From the IMG/VR virus record IMGVR_UViG_3300032007_000080, positions 3,210 to 67,209 of that record: a stretch of DNA of 64,000 nucleotides. One strand, written 5' to 3'. The notes beneath the pieces were generated by a model. That model was not told where the DNA came from, did not search any database, and was given only the letters and a program-made list of their open reading frames with translations. Positions within the stretch are counted from its first letter, which is position 1; every line of letters begins with the position of its first letter. Below, in pieces: positions 27,765 to 37,873 of this stretch. This DNA comes from a virus (taxonomy: Duplodnaviria > Caudoviricetes). Made by a program: the position numbers and the translations under genes.

Positions 27765-28711
27765 CTTAAATTTTCTCCTTTCCTAAAAATTTCCGTGTTT
27801 CCCTCGGAAATTGGTGGTTGTTGCTGATTAAATGTACACCCAGCAGCACCCTTATGTCCTCCACCACCAAATACTTTAGCAGCGTAAGAACAATCAATAT
27901 CTTCCTTATTAGAATAGAAAGATACTACCCATTGTCTTCCATTAAAACATTCTGTAATACATACATCAACCTCGTCAATGGTTTCTCCAAAATATACTGA
28001 ACTAGCACATCCAATATTAAGTACTGCTACGTTAATATCACGTTCTGTATTAAATAACCATCCACTCAACATTCTTTTAAACATGTACTTTTCTCTAAAA
28101 TGAGAAGCCCAACTATCTCTAAATTCTGTGTATGTTCTACCTGTTTCAATGTAGTCGTCAATTAAATCTGGATTATTTACCATCTCGTCAATTAGTGGAA
28201 TAGATAACTGATTAGCTAAAGCCATATTTAATAACTCAGCCTCTTTTCTAACTGGACTATCTAATTTCCAACAGTCCCAAGCATCAACTAATTGTAACCA
28301 ATATGGTAACATTTCAACTAATTGGTCATAAGCCATTCTATCGACTTCGCTTTGTGTGACATTTGCTTCAAAAAATAAATAGGCTAGAGCAGCACCACAG
28401 AACCTCGTACTACGAATACCATTTAATTCTAACTCCTGGTCATCTTTGTAACGATTTATTGCTGTGATATGATGGTCTAACCAAATTACTTGACCGAAAG
28501 TACCTACTTTTTCTAATAATTCGTGATATTGTTCATTTGTGAAAGAATAATCTGTAATAATCACTCTATCACCTTCACTAATGTTAGAAAAATCTGGGTC
28601 TCGGTCATAATTGAAGTGTTCAATGTCACAGTTTTCTTCACCGAAATGTTGTTGTACTACATAAGCAGCACTATAACCATCCAAATCATTATGTGTAAGA
28701 ATATGTACCAT
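27728..28711 (-). CDS. DHH/DHHA1 phosphoesterase
   Basis: HNDLDG, ITDYS, WLDHH and GGGGHKGAAG motifs. Confidence 0.88.
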   Translation of the reverse strand: MVHILTHNDLDGYSAAYVVQQHFGEENCDIEHFNYDRDPDFSNISEGDRVIITDYSFTNEQYHELLEKVGTFGQVIWLDHHITAINRYKDDQELELNGIRSTRFCGAALAYLFFEANVTQSEVDRMAYDQLVEMLPYWLQLVDAWDCWKLDSPVRKEAELLNMALANQLSIPLIDEMVNNPDLIDDYIETGRTYTEFRDSWASHFREKYMFKRMLSGWLFNTERDINVAVLNIGCASSVYFGETIDEVDVCITECFNGRQWVVSFYSNKEDIDCSYAAKVFGGGGHKGAAGCTFNQQQPPISEGNTEIFRKGENLRWQNLKMKTEKN

Positions 28712-28974
28712 TTTAGCACTCCTTTCTATTAAAATTTATGACTGATGTAAAACAACGAAACTCTCACCAGTTGATGTAAAAGGTACCGGGCCACTTCTCG
28801 TACCAACTCTATCCCGGTTTCTCATACCTAATACAGAGTTTTTTGAAAGCTAGTGTTGGTAAGTTACTGCTTTCTATTACTGTAGTTGATTTGTCATACC
28901 TGCACTTGTATAACGAAGGGCCATTTTCTTAACCAACCAAAATGACTTAAAGGTAGTTCCAATATATAGGAACC

Positions 28975-29049
28975 TGGTGACCTATAATGGAGTTGAACCA
29001 TTCCCTCGTGCGTGAAAGGCACGTGACTTTACCGATTGTCCAATAGGCC
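28975..29049 (-). tRNA. tRNA-Glu(UUC)
   Basis: GGCCTAT...CGTGC-CT TTC AC-GCACG...GGTTCAACTCC...ATAGGTC-ACCA cloverleaf with encoded CCA. Confidence 0.9.
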
Positions 29050-29054
29050 ATATA

Positions 29055-29130
29055 TGGTCCGAGAAGAGAGATTTGAACTCCCGACCTGGTGGTCCCAAAC
29101 CATCCGCGCTACCAACTGCGCTATTCTCGG
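29055..29130 (-). tRNA. tRNA-Pro(UGG)
   Basis: CCGAGAA-TAGCGCAGTTGGTAGCGC...TT TGG GA...GTTCAAATC...TTCTCGG-ACCA. Confidence 0.9.
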
Positions 29131-29242
29131 ATGAGTTGCCCAGGTTTTAAGGATAACCTGAGTCGGAACCTTATAGAATATGACAGCCAAAGTATATTCT
29201 ATTTTCATTATATACCAAAGTAAACTAAATGTAAACAGTTTT

Positions 29243-29785
29243 TCATAACATTTTTACATCATCACTAATTATTTCTCCCTCAGGAGATAATAACTTAACG
29301 TGTTGTTCTAAATGACATCTACAATTCCAATGTGTAGTAAATTGTGATGTGTTTTCCAATATTCTACCATCTAATGCTCTACATTTAGGACAACATCCTG
29401 GTTCTGCAACCCAAACAAAATATATTTCTACTCTATTTAAGTCCATATCATATACAGGATTTTCTTCTGTATAATCACTTAATTCGCTTAATATTTCTCT
29501 CGTAGAATTTATTATTCGCTCTTGTTCTAGTTTACATAAATAATGAATTGCTTTTTCAATATTTTTCTTAAATAATCGTGGGTCATATTTTTCGTACTCA
29601 TAATAGTTATTTACATATCTCATTGTAGGAGAATTTATATAATAATACCAAACATCATATAAATCCTCAATAATGCCTCCTTGATGAGCCTCCAATAATG
29701 GTTCTTTAAATCTCTGTAATAGTTCAGGTATCTCTTCCCAAACAACTTGCATAAATTCATCAAACACCCAAGTACTATTTTCCAC
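29243..29785 (-). CDS. Minor head protein (SPP1 gp7/Mu F-like); probable GTG start at 29785
   Basis: WVAEPGCCPKCRALDG...HWNCRC zinc motif; follows the portal gene. Confidence 0.75.
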   Translation of the reverse strand: MENSTWVFDEFMQVVWEEIPELLQRFKEPLLEAHQGGIIEDLYDVWYYYINSPTMRYVNNYYEYEKYDPRLFKKNIEKAIHYLCKLEQERIINSTREILSELSDYTEENPVYDMDLNRVEIYFVWVAEPGCCPKCRALDGRILENTSQFTTHWNCRCHLEQHVKLLSPEGEIISDDVKML

Positions 29786-31514
29786 GATTTTCAGTTCCGA
29801 TAGGAGAGCTAATGCTCTTAGTAGATTGAACTGTCTTTGCGTTCTCACGGTTAATATTAGTTTGAATGTTCTCTGGATTTTTTGATTGTAATTTTCTATT
29901 AGCTCTGATGACATCGGTATCTGTGTCTCCAGCTCCTTTAGTATCGGTTTTATCTCCTTCTTGAGGGTTGTCTCCATTTGGGTTATTAGCGTTTCCAAAT
30001 CTTTCCAAATTAGCATTCATTTCACTCTCCTTCCTTTGACTTTCAGTTTCATAATCGTAACCTAATTTTTCTAGGATAGTTTCTTCACTCAATATACCGT
30101 CTAATCTTAACATCTGGTCTATTGTTTCATCTGTCATTGATGGTAAGTTAGTAGAAATTGTTATTCTAATATTGTTTACATCATAATGTGTTTTCGCTTT
30201 AGTATTTATTCTTTCTAGGAACATTCTAAATCTTTGTCTAATTAGAACTTCCATACCTTCACGAAGATTAGATGTAACAATATTCATAATATAGAACTTT
30301 CTATCTATTGCAGATGCGTTTAAATCTGCTGAATTGAATGCTAAATCTGTAGTATTTGGAATACCAGCTAATTGGAATATTGTATCTACATAGAATTTCA
30401 ACATTGTAGTAACATCATTAGCCTCAACTGGTTTAATTAACCAATCTGCATCTCCACCCTCTTGAACATAGAAAGTTTTACCAGCCAATATGGCGTTATC
30501 TTCTATAACTCTTGCAGGATTTAATACCATTTTAGGATTTGAAGCACTTTCAGGTTTTGTATCGTCAAAATTCTCATTTGGAATAGTTATAGGATTTTGT
30601 GGTCTATAACCAGCTATCTTCATTTTACAATCTTCTGCATTATATTTATAAGTATCTTTTACATTATTTAATAATATCTCATAAGCCTGAATTATACTTT
30701 CTACCTTATCTAAAATAGAGAATTGACTTTCGTAAACCACAACAGGAACTTCATTCCACTCATGTGATATGCCTTTCTGTTCTTCTTTTTTAAGTATTTC
30801 CTTATTTTGTTCTTTCATTTTATCTTCACGAGAGTATACCTCAATTTTCTTCGGTAAATATACACGGTATAAAAATCTTTTAGCTGAATTTTTTTCTTCT
30901 TGCTGAAACGCTTGAACTACAGCCATAAGTTTAGGTTTTACATCATCTGTCCAAACAGCAACAGTATTTAAAGCGTCTAGGAAATAATACTGATACCCGC
31001 TCTCTTTTGTGTCAATAACTCTCTCATAACAAGAACCATATAGTAACATATCTCTAAATAGTGTAGTTAATTCAGTCTGGTCCATATTATTTTTTGTAAT
31101 TGTATCAACAATATATCTCAATTCTTGTGCCTCATTAGCAGTAATACCTTGCCTGTCGAACACTAACTTATTTATTTTTGTTTGTATATCATTAGTTGCG
31201 TCAACATCATAATCTACATTACCAGATAAGTAACCAGCAGCTAAGTCAACAATAAATTTCTCCAATAGTATTTGTAAGTGTTTAGAAGACGAAGTAGCTA
31301 TACCATTTTCAGTTTCTATTACTGTAGCTTCAGTAGATATTTGAGAATTAGTATATTGTGAAGATATTGTTTCAAAGTCTATTCCACGGGAATATCTTAA
31401 CCATAAGTTTCTTCTTTTACATAAGACTTTTTCAACTTCTGTAAAAATTCTAAATTTTTCAGTATCAGTAAGTTTATCCCAAGGATTGTAAGCGATAATT
31501 CTTTCTTTGAACAT
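29775..31514 (-). CDS. Portal protein (SPP1 gp6-like)
   Basis: IVDLAAGYLSGN, LYGSCYE, PNTTDLAF..NASA, ISTNLP, SEETILEKLG. Confidence 0.88.
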   Translation of the reverse strand: MFKERIIAYNPWDKLTDTEKFRIFTEVEKVLCKRRNLWLRYSRGIDFETISSQYTNSQISTEATVIETENGIATSSSKHLQILLEKFIVDLAAGYLSGNVDYDVDATNDIQTKINKLVFDRQGITANEAQELRYIVDTITKNNMDQTELTTLFRDMLLYGSCYERVIDTKESGYQYYFLDALNTVAVWTDDVKPKLMAVVQAFQQEEKNSAKRFLYRVYLPKKIEVYSREDKMKEQNKEILKKEEQKGISHEWNEVPVVVYESQFSILDKVESIIQAYEILLNNVKDTYKYNAEDCKMKIAGYRPQNPITIPNENFDDTKPESASNPKMVLNPARVIEDNAILAGKTFYVQEGGDADWLIKPVEANDVTTMLKFYVDTIFQLAGIPNTTDLAFNSADLNASAIDRKFYIMNIVTSNLREGMEVLIRQRFRMFLERINTKAKTHYDVNNIRITISTNLPSMTDETIDQMLRLDGILSEETILEKLGYDYETESQRKESEMNANLERFGNANNPNGDNPQEGDKTDTKGAGDTDTDVIRANRKLQSKNPENIQTNINRENAKTVQSTKSISSPIGTENRGK

Positions 31515-31552
31515 ATTATTTGCCTCCTTTTTATTTTATAATATCATAAAGT

Positions 31553-31774
31553 TTACTTTTTATCAATGGGAAATTCTAAAATTTGTCCAGGTTTGTTCAT
31601 CGGATACGGATGCTCTTTATCACACTGTGGATGCTCATCTAGCCTGGTCTCCATTATTTGACCAGTTCCAATTGTGTAACCCTGTTCTTGACAGTTGGGA
31701 CAATACAACTGTTTCAACCATACTTTCTCGTTCCAAGTACCAATGTAGCGATACCCGCATCGTATACATATCAA
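31553..31774 (-). CDS. Small Cys-rich (zinc-ribbon-like) protein
   Basis: CIRC...CPNC; GGAGG RBS. Confidence 0.55.
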   Translation of the reverse strand: MICIRCGYRYIGTWNEKVWLKQLYCPNCQEQGYTIGTGQIMETRLDEHPQCDKEHPYPMNKPGQILEFPIDKK

Positions 31775-31847
31775 TTCGCCAGTTAAATGTGGTTACATAC
31801 AATCTATATCAACTACTTTATCCATACACAGAAAGCCTCCTTTCTAA

Positions 31848-33125
31848 TTAGCGGTTGCCAACCACTCTTCCTTTGCTAGATGCAAATGTTTGTAAATTGT
31901 TCCAATACTCTTCAGTAGCATATCTACAACTATCTATTGTGTGGTCATCACCATCAGGTATTTTAGTTGTAACATTACCAAATTTATCTCTTTCATACTC
32001 AGCTGATGTAAATTCTCTCCATACATTAGGACATCTAGCTGGGTCAATGAATATGTGATTTAACTCTTGTAACCATTTTATACCAAGTTCACGAGAATTA
32101 GCACCTTTTTTAGCTGGCCAACAATATAGACCGGCCTCATTTAATTCCTGTATAACCCTTTTATCAATATCACAAGTTATAGGCCCATAAGAATGCCATT
32201 TTTGTGTAACCATATTATAAATCTGTCGTGCTGATAGACGATAGTCATACCCCTCATTTAGACAATATAAGTCATTATGTGTTTTGTCATAATACCAGTC
32301 AGTATATGCTGTAGGGTCAGGTGCAAATCCAAAGTCAAGACCACGAAGAATATTATCAAAGAAACTGTGTTCTCCATCTGGCTCATAAGTGTAACGATAA
32401 ATATTCGGGAACATAATAGCATCGGGGTCTCCAGGTTGACCAAGTATTGCATGTGCAAATTCTTTGGGTCTGTTTATTCGCATATCATTTATCTCGTACC
32501 AAATCTCATCTGGAATTATGCTCGGTGGTAAGTCATATACCGAAGTATGCTGATAATAATAGTTCTTTCTGGTTCCCCATTCAACATTTAGTGGATGTTC
32601 AGCACTGAATGGCGTATTGAATGTATAGAAAACCTTAAATTCTGCACCATTACGAAATAGTGATAGTAAGACCTGACGAATAGACTTGTCATCAACAAAC
32701 TCATCAGCTTCCTCAAACCAAATATACGCAAAGTATGATTTTACCAATTTTATAGACTTAATCTTCCTAAAGTCATCTGGCTGGTTTAACATAGCAAACT
32801 GTATGACCTGATTTGAGTTCTTCCTAACGATACGTAGTGGGTTATATTTGGGTTTGAACTCATCTTCTACACCCAAGTCATATATGGCGTTTATAATTTC
32901 ATTAAACACAGAACCCTGTAATGTATTTCCAAATCGTCTGAAACATATCGCTGACCTATCTTTATGCATAAGTAGAGATAGAACAATATATCTCGCGACT
33001 TCAGTGGATTTACCAGAATAACGACCGCCTCTCAAATAGATACGTGACGGTTTGAATGTAGGCTGATGTAGACCATAATAACACGGTAATATTAACTTAT
33101 TTAACGGTTGTTGTATTATGGCCAT
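31848..33125 (-). CDS. terL: Terminase large subunit (PBSX-type)
   Basis: Walker A GGRYSGKS, WFEEA Walker B, GLDFGFAPDP and DGDDHTIDSCRYA nuclease motifs. Confidence 0.93.
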   Translation of the reverse strand: MAIIQQPLNKLILPCYYGLHQPTFKPSRIYLRGGRYSGKSTEVARYIVLSLLMHKDRSAICFRRFGNTLQGSVFNEIINAIYDLGVEDEFKPKYNPLRIVRKNSNQVIQFAMLNQPDDFRKIKSIKLVKSYFAYIWFEEADEFVDDKSIRQVLLSLFRNGAEFKVFYTFNTPFSAEHPLNVEWGTRKNYYYQHTSVYDLPPSIIPDEIWYEINDMRINRPKEFAHAILGQPGDPDAIMFPNIYRYTYEPDGEHSFFDNILRGLDFGFAPDPTAYTDWYYDKTHNDLYCLNEGYDYRLSARQIYNMVTQKWHSYGPITCDIDKRVIQELNEAGLYCWPAKKGANSRELGIKWLQELNHIFIDPARCPNVWREFTSAEYERDKFGNVTTKIPDGDDHTIDSCRYATEEYWNNLQTFASSKGRVVGNR

Positions 33126-33160
33126 AACATCACCGCATTCGCGTGTATACAAGTCATTGT

Positions 33161-33712
33161 CTACACCTCCTCTTTCATATTCAATGAGTAATGACCTTCT
33201 GGTGGTGCTTCAGGTGCATCCAAATTTGGTTTCGGAATAGTTCCATCTGGAAGTGTTAGGTTGTTAATGAACTGAATTGTAGCTTTGTTATCATTATCAT
33301 CAGCACCTTCTTGTAACATTTTGATTGCTTGTATTCTTTCTGTGAACGATGGTTCTATTGTAACCGGTTCTCCATTTTTGAAATCCCAATCTTGTCTAGT
33401 TAATTTGCCTTGAGCGATTTGCTCCAATATTGTTCGTAAATCGCCTTTTGTTAGATGACGTTTAGGTTCATAATATTGACGACATTTATTTAGTACATTC
33501 ATTACATCTGGGTCATTTAATAAAACATACTGGTCTTGTGTATATTCAAAGTCTGTTGTGTCATCAAAGTCAGACTTTTTCCACATATCCAATATGTCTG
33601 CAACTATTTTTAAATCTTCCGGGTTTTCATCTGTAAAACCCATCTCTATAAATGTTTGTTTTACCAAATCCAATGAGTTCTCTGGTATTGGTAGGTTTTC
33701 ATCTTTCTCCAT
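33161..33712 (-). CDS. terS: Terminase small subunit
   Basis: Directly upstream of terL; ...TERIQAIKML pattern. Confidence 0.65.
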   Translation of the reverse strand: MEKDENLPIPENSLDLVKQTFIEMGFTDENPEDLKIVADILDMWKKSDFDDTTDFEYTQDQYVLLNDPDVMNVLNKCRQYYEPKRHLTKGDLRTILEQIAQGKLTRQDWDFKNGEPVTIEPSFTERIQAIKMLQEGADDNDNKATIQFINNLTLPDGTIPKPNLDAPEAPPEGHYSLNMKEEV

Positions 33713-33968
33713 AATAATCTACCTCCTCTATTTGTATTATAAAACGAAAGTTAACAGATGTCAATGGTCCTGGAGAGATTTACCACGCAGGTGTAGAAAC
33801 GGCCCCGGTGTATTTTACGGCGGCGTATGTTTACTTTGTCCGGCGGATTTTGACGTGTGTGTAGAGGTGGACTAAATACGGTTTCGAGAGATTTTGAGAT
33901 ATTTCATAAAATAAAAAAAAATCTATTCGAGAGAATAAGAATAGATTTTCAATTTTTCAATTATTTGA

Positions 33969-34385
33969 TTATTTTATATAATTTTCTTCTATATCTAATA
34001 TAATATATTTTAAATCTTTAATAAATATAAAATTAGATATTTTTTCGATATATTCTAATATTGAGATTTGATTTTCTTGATTATATTTTCTATATTCTTC
34101 TTGAATAAATATATTATAGAAAAATGATTTTTCATCTTTTCGAATAATTATATATTTATTCTCAATTTCTAATATTTCAATATCTTCTATTTGATATATT
34201 TTAAAATTTTTGATTTCTTCTATATCATTATATCTTGATTTGATTTCATATTTTTCTTTTGATTTTTCTAATTTCTCAATTATTTTTGAGATTTCTTGAT
34301 TTTTCATATAATTATATTTTATATGATATTCTCTTTTTGATTTTTGATTTTTGATTTCTTCTAAAAATTTCATTGATTTTTTCAT
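33969..34385 (-). CDS. Hypothetical, extremely AT-rich Lys/Glu/Ile-rich protein
   Basis: Preceded by the repeated early promoter (TTGATT...TGATATAAT) and an RBS-like sequence. Confidence 0.5.
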   Translation of the reverse strand: MKKSMKFLEEIKNQKSKREYHIKYNYMKNQEISKIIEKLEKSKEKYEIKSRYNDIEEIKNFKIYQIEDIEILEIENKYIIIRKDEKSFFYNIFIQEEYRKYNQENQISILEYIEKISNFIFIKDLKYIILDIEENYIK

Positions 34386-34855
34386 TTTTCATCATCTCTT
34401 TCTTATTTATATTTGATAGAGATTTTTCTCTCTCTTTTCTCTATCTATAATTATATTATATCATAAATATAAAATAAAATCAACCTTTTTTTGAAAATTT
34501 TTTCAATTTTTTTTCAATTTTTTCATAGAACAAGTGTTCGATCGGTTTTTTATTTTTCGATTTTTTCTCACCCCGACCGCTCCGCCTTTTTGCTCCTGCA
34601 TACGCCCCGGACAAATAGTACAGACAAACGTCCGCAACGCCTTTACAACTTCCGCACCGAAAAGATTACGTCGGCCCCACCCACAAAAAGATTACCGATA
34701 TAACTGCCCCTACTGTGGCCGGCCCCGATTACTGCCCCTACTGCTACAGGCTCGGACAAATTGTAACGGCCCCTATCCTAACATCTGTTCTCTAATTTAC
34801 ATAAAAAAGATAGGCCATCTCTGACCTACCTTCCAAATAATTGAAAATTGAAAAT

Positions 34856-35263
34856 CTATTTGCTTGTTGTTTCAGTTTTTGTTTCTTTTGCTTTTTGAGC
34901 TTCTTTAGCTTTTCTTTTCTCTACTTGCTCAATTGTGTCGATGTATTCTGGTATTGTTTTACCATCAAAGGCTATATTATTTTGTTTGAACTCTTCTATG
35001 TAGTGTTTTAAATCATACCCATTAGCTTTCTCATCAGTAGCTATTCTTGATAACCAAACTACTTCACCGATTGTTCTAGCTTTTCTTACATTTGATAAGA
35101 ATGCTGTGTAACCTTCATTAAATGTGATTACATATTCCTTTCCTTCTTTGATAACTTTCTTGATACTTTTTTCGTATCCTTTCACCTTTGAAAAACATCT
35201 GTCTACCATTTCTTGTGTTACATCTTCTTTTGTAATTGCATTTTTTTCGTTTAATTCTTTCAT
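34856..35263 (-). CDS. Hypothetical protein
   Basis: GGAGGAG RBS. Confidence 0.65.
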   Translation of the reverse strand: MKELNEKNAITKEDVTQEMVDRCFSKVKGYEKSIKKVIKEGKEYVITFNEGYTAFLSNVRKARTIGEVVWLSRIATDEKANGYDLKHYIEEFKQNNIAFDGKTIPEYIDTIEQVEKRKAKEAQKAKETKTETTSK

Positions 35264-35366
35264 ATTAAACTCCTCCTTTTATTAAATTTCTTTGTGGATG
35301 CCTCCACTATATATTATCCCTTTCGGGTTAATACCATAACCAACGGAACCTCCGGAAACCTCCGGA

Positions 35367-35528
35367 CTATTTCCATCTTTTGATTTCCCACTCATAATTG
35401 TCCTCATCATAATTCATCTGTGAACATGGATAATCTTCTATTAGTTCAATTAGTCTTTCTTTAATTGTATCAAAATCATCTGCCTCATATATTTCTCCGT
35501 CTATCATATTTTTTATTTTGTACTTCAT
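35367..35528 (-). CDS. Hypothetical 53-aa protein (not in ORF track)
   Basis: MKYKIKNMIDGEIYEADD...; GAGGT RBS and promoter cassette. Confidence 0.55.
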   Translation of the reverse strand: MKYKIKNMIDGEIYEADDFDTIKERLIELIEDYPCSQMNYDEDNYEWEIKRWK

Positions 35529-35610
35529 ATCGTTACCTCATTTCTTTCTTTATTTTATATTTATTTTATAATTATATTGTATCATATATTTATTGAAAAG
35601 TCAACCTTTT

Positions 35611-35943
35611 TTATAAATTTATTTGTCCAACTTCTTTAATTTGTGGATAAGTATCTCTCCAATAACATTTAACCTCAACCTTCTTTATTCCATCAAACTT
35701 ATTATCATTAAAGTATCTTTCCAATTCCATCATAAATGTATAAAATTCATATTCACCAAAATCTTCTTGTGTTACCCATTCCAATTTATATGTGTCACCA
35801 TCCAATTCACCATTCCAATTTTTACATCTCATACAATCTGCAAATTCTTCTTCGTTGACCATATCCTTTCTCCACTCTGGGTATCTGTCTCCTCTAAATT
35901 TTGGACCATTAATTTTAATCATTTCTGTGTACCTCTCTTTCAT
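35611..35943 (-). CDS. Hypothetical protein
   Basis: Preceded by a promoter cassette. Confidence 0.65.
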   Translation of the reverse strand: MKERYTEMIKINGPKFRGDRYPEWRKDMVNEEEFADCMRCKNWNGELDGDTYKLEWVTQEDFGEYEFYTFMMELERYFNDNKFDGIKKVEVKCYWRDTYPQIKEVGQINL

Positions 35944-36594
35944 TTCTTTCTTTATAATTATATTGTATCATAAATTTAAAATAAAATCAACCTTTTTTCA
36001 AAACTTTCTCCAATATTTGTTCCCACTTTCTAATTTCCTCCGTGCTCGGAGAAAAAGTAACAACTTGTTGCACGAAAAAATGTTTCGTAAAAAGTCTTGA
36101 AAAGATTACGGCATCTGACTTGTATAGATTTCATATTCACTTTTTTACTCCTATTTTACCGATTTTTAATAATTTTACCAATAATTTTACCGATAAATAT
36201 AAAATAAATTATATCTCTCCAAGTATAGACAGGGGAAGAGATACAGGACTTATATTTATTTTATATTTTTATTTTTTATTGTAAAAATGGTAAAAAAGTA
36301 AAATTATTTTTTAATCAAACGTAAGAAAAAAAAAATCGAAAATTTGAGAAATCGTTTTTATACAGGATTTAAAAAAGTCGATACAATTTTACCCGGTCTC
36401 TGAAAGTCTCTCCCTGTCTCATTTCTTCGGTAAAATTATTAAATTTTGATTTTTTACCATAAAGTTTGTAGATACGACAAATAGCAGTCATTGAATTTAT
36501 TTTTACGACCGCTTGATATAATATATTCTCGGAACCACCAGTAAATGGAGCTTGCGAAACTTATCGGAGTTTTCCATTACCTTGATTTACCATT

Positions 36595-36645
36595 TCTCAC
36601 ACTTTTAATCTCACACTTTTAATCTCACACTTTTAATCTCACACT
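36595..36645. repeat. 14-bp tandem repeat TCTCACACTTTTAA (3 copies plus a partial), iteron-like
   Basis: Units start at 36595, 36609, 36623 and 36637. Confidence 0.85.
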
Positions 36646-36919
36646 ATATTGGTTTAAAGAGATATTGGAGTGTGAGTAACCAATACCTCACAAACCATAC
36701 TAAGTAATCTGGATATCTGGTTCCCTAGATTTAATTTCGTTCCCGTGTATTTCAACCGGTACTATCCCCCAGGATTTCTCCCTTGCTTCAACAATATACC
36801 CTTGATATTATCGCTCTACTATATTGATGTGGGTCCACTAGATTGTACGCACCTTTTTGATTACCTATATATATTATATCAAACATATTCACTTATGTCA
36901 ATTAGTATTTTTAATTTAG

Positions 36920-37774
36920 TTAATCCAAATCATAGCTTAAACTCTTATATTCGCCTTGATAAAATAGCACCCTTTCACCCAAATCTTTGCAACTATCACC
37001 GAGAATTATTCGCCTTTCCACATTATTTACTACTCTTAATCCAATTCTAGTTGGAATATTTGCTCTCAATTGTCCTGATAATATGGTAGCATCAGGTCTC
37101 TGTGTGCCTAACATCAGATGTATTCCAGATGCCCTTCCTAGAGTAGCTAATTTAACTAGGTAATATTCCATCATACCTCGAGAACCCAAATTGGTCTTGG
37201 CTCTATCACTATATATTAAATCTGCTAACTCATCTATTACCAACACAATTCTCTTACTTCCCCAAATTGGAGACTCATAACACATATCATCTGCATCAGC
37301 TCTCATATTATCTTCGGCATTTATTATTTGTTGGAATATTCCCGATACTTCAGGATTATCACCATAGAGTTCTTTTAACTTTTCTTGGATTTCTTTAATT
37401 TTATTATCTCTATCTGTACTCATTTCTCTTCCTGACACTCCCTCAAGCATAACACTTGACCAGTCCACATAATTTCTTGATTTAAGGTACTTATACCTCT
37501 CCCTCATTTCTTTTTCAAGACTACCTAATAATCTCAATACTCTTGGCCAATCATTGTCTATCTTCATTATTAAGTTATCTTCACCGACCATACATTGGTA
37601 ATCGACACATTTTGGGTCCACAATAACCACTCGACACTCATCACTCCTGAATATGTCTCGTAACATGTGTTTCAATAAATATGACTTACCAGACCCAGTA
37701 GAACCACCAATTAAGATATGTGGACATTTACATAAATCTATCTTTGTAAACTTATCAACACTTACTTCTATCAT
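36920..37774 (-). CDS. Stand-alone FtsK/SpoIIIE-domain ATPase
   Basis: HILIGGSTGSGKS, VDPKCVD, VIDELADL, GRASGIHLMLGTQRP; no TM domain. Confidence 0.9.
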   Translation of the reverse strand: MIEVSVDKFTKIDLCKCPHILIGGSTGSGKSYLLKHMLRDIFRSDECRVVIVDPKCVDYQCMVGEDNLIMKIDNDWPRVLRLLGSLEKEMRERYKYLKSRNYVDWSSVMLEGVSGREMSTDRDNKIKEIQEKLKELYGDNPEVSGIFQQIINAEDNMRADADDMCYESPIWGSKRIVLVIDELADLIYSDRAKTNLGSRGMMEYYLVKLATLGRASGIHLMLGTQRPDATILSGQLRANIPTRIGLRVVNNVERRIILGDSCKDLGERVLFYQGEYKSLSYDLD

Positions 37775-37784
37775 TGCTTCATTT

Positions 37785-37853
37785 CCTTTCTTCATTTTTA
37801 ATTTATTTTATATTTATATAGTATCATATATTGTAAATAAATTCAACCTTTTT
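37785..37853 (-). promoter_or_regulatory. Representative copy of the repeated early promoter/leader cassette
   Basis: AAGG-TTGAAT-17 nt-TACTAT (extended TG) then ATAAATATAAAATAAATTAA and RBS; about 12 related copies in the window. Confidence 0.8.
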
Positions 37854-37873
37854 TGATACAAAAGAGGCGAGAT

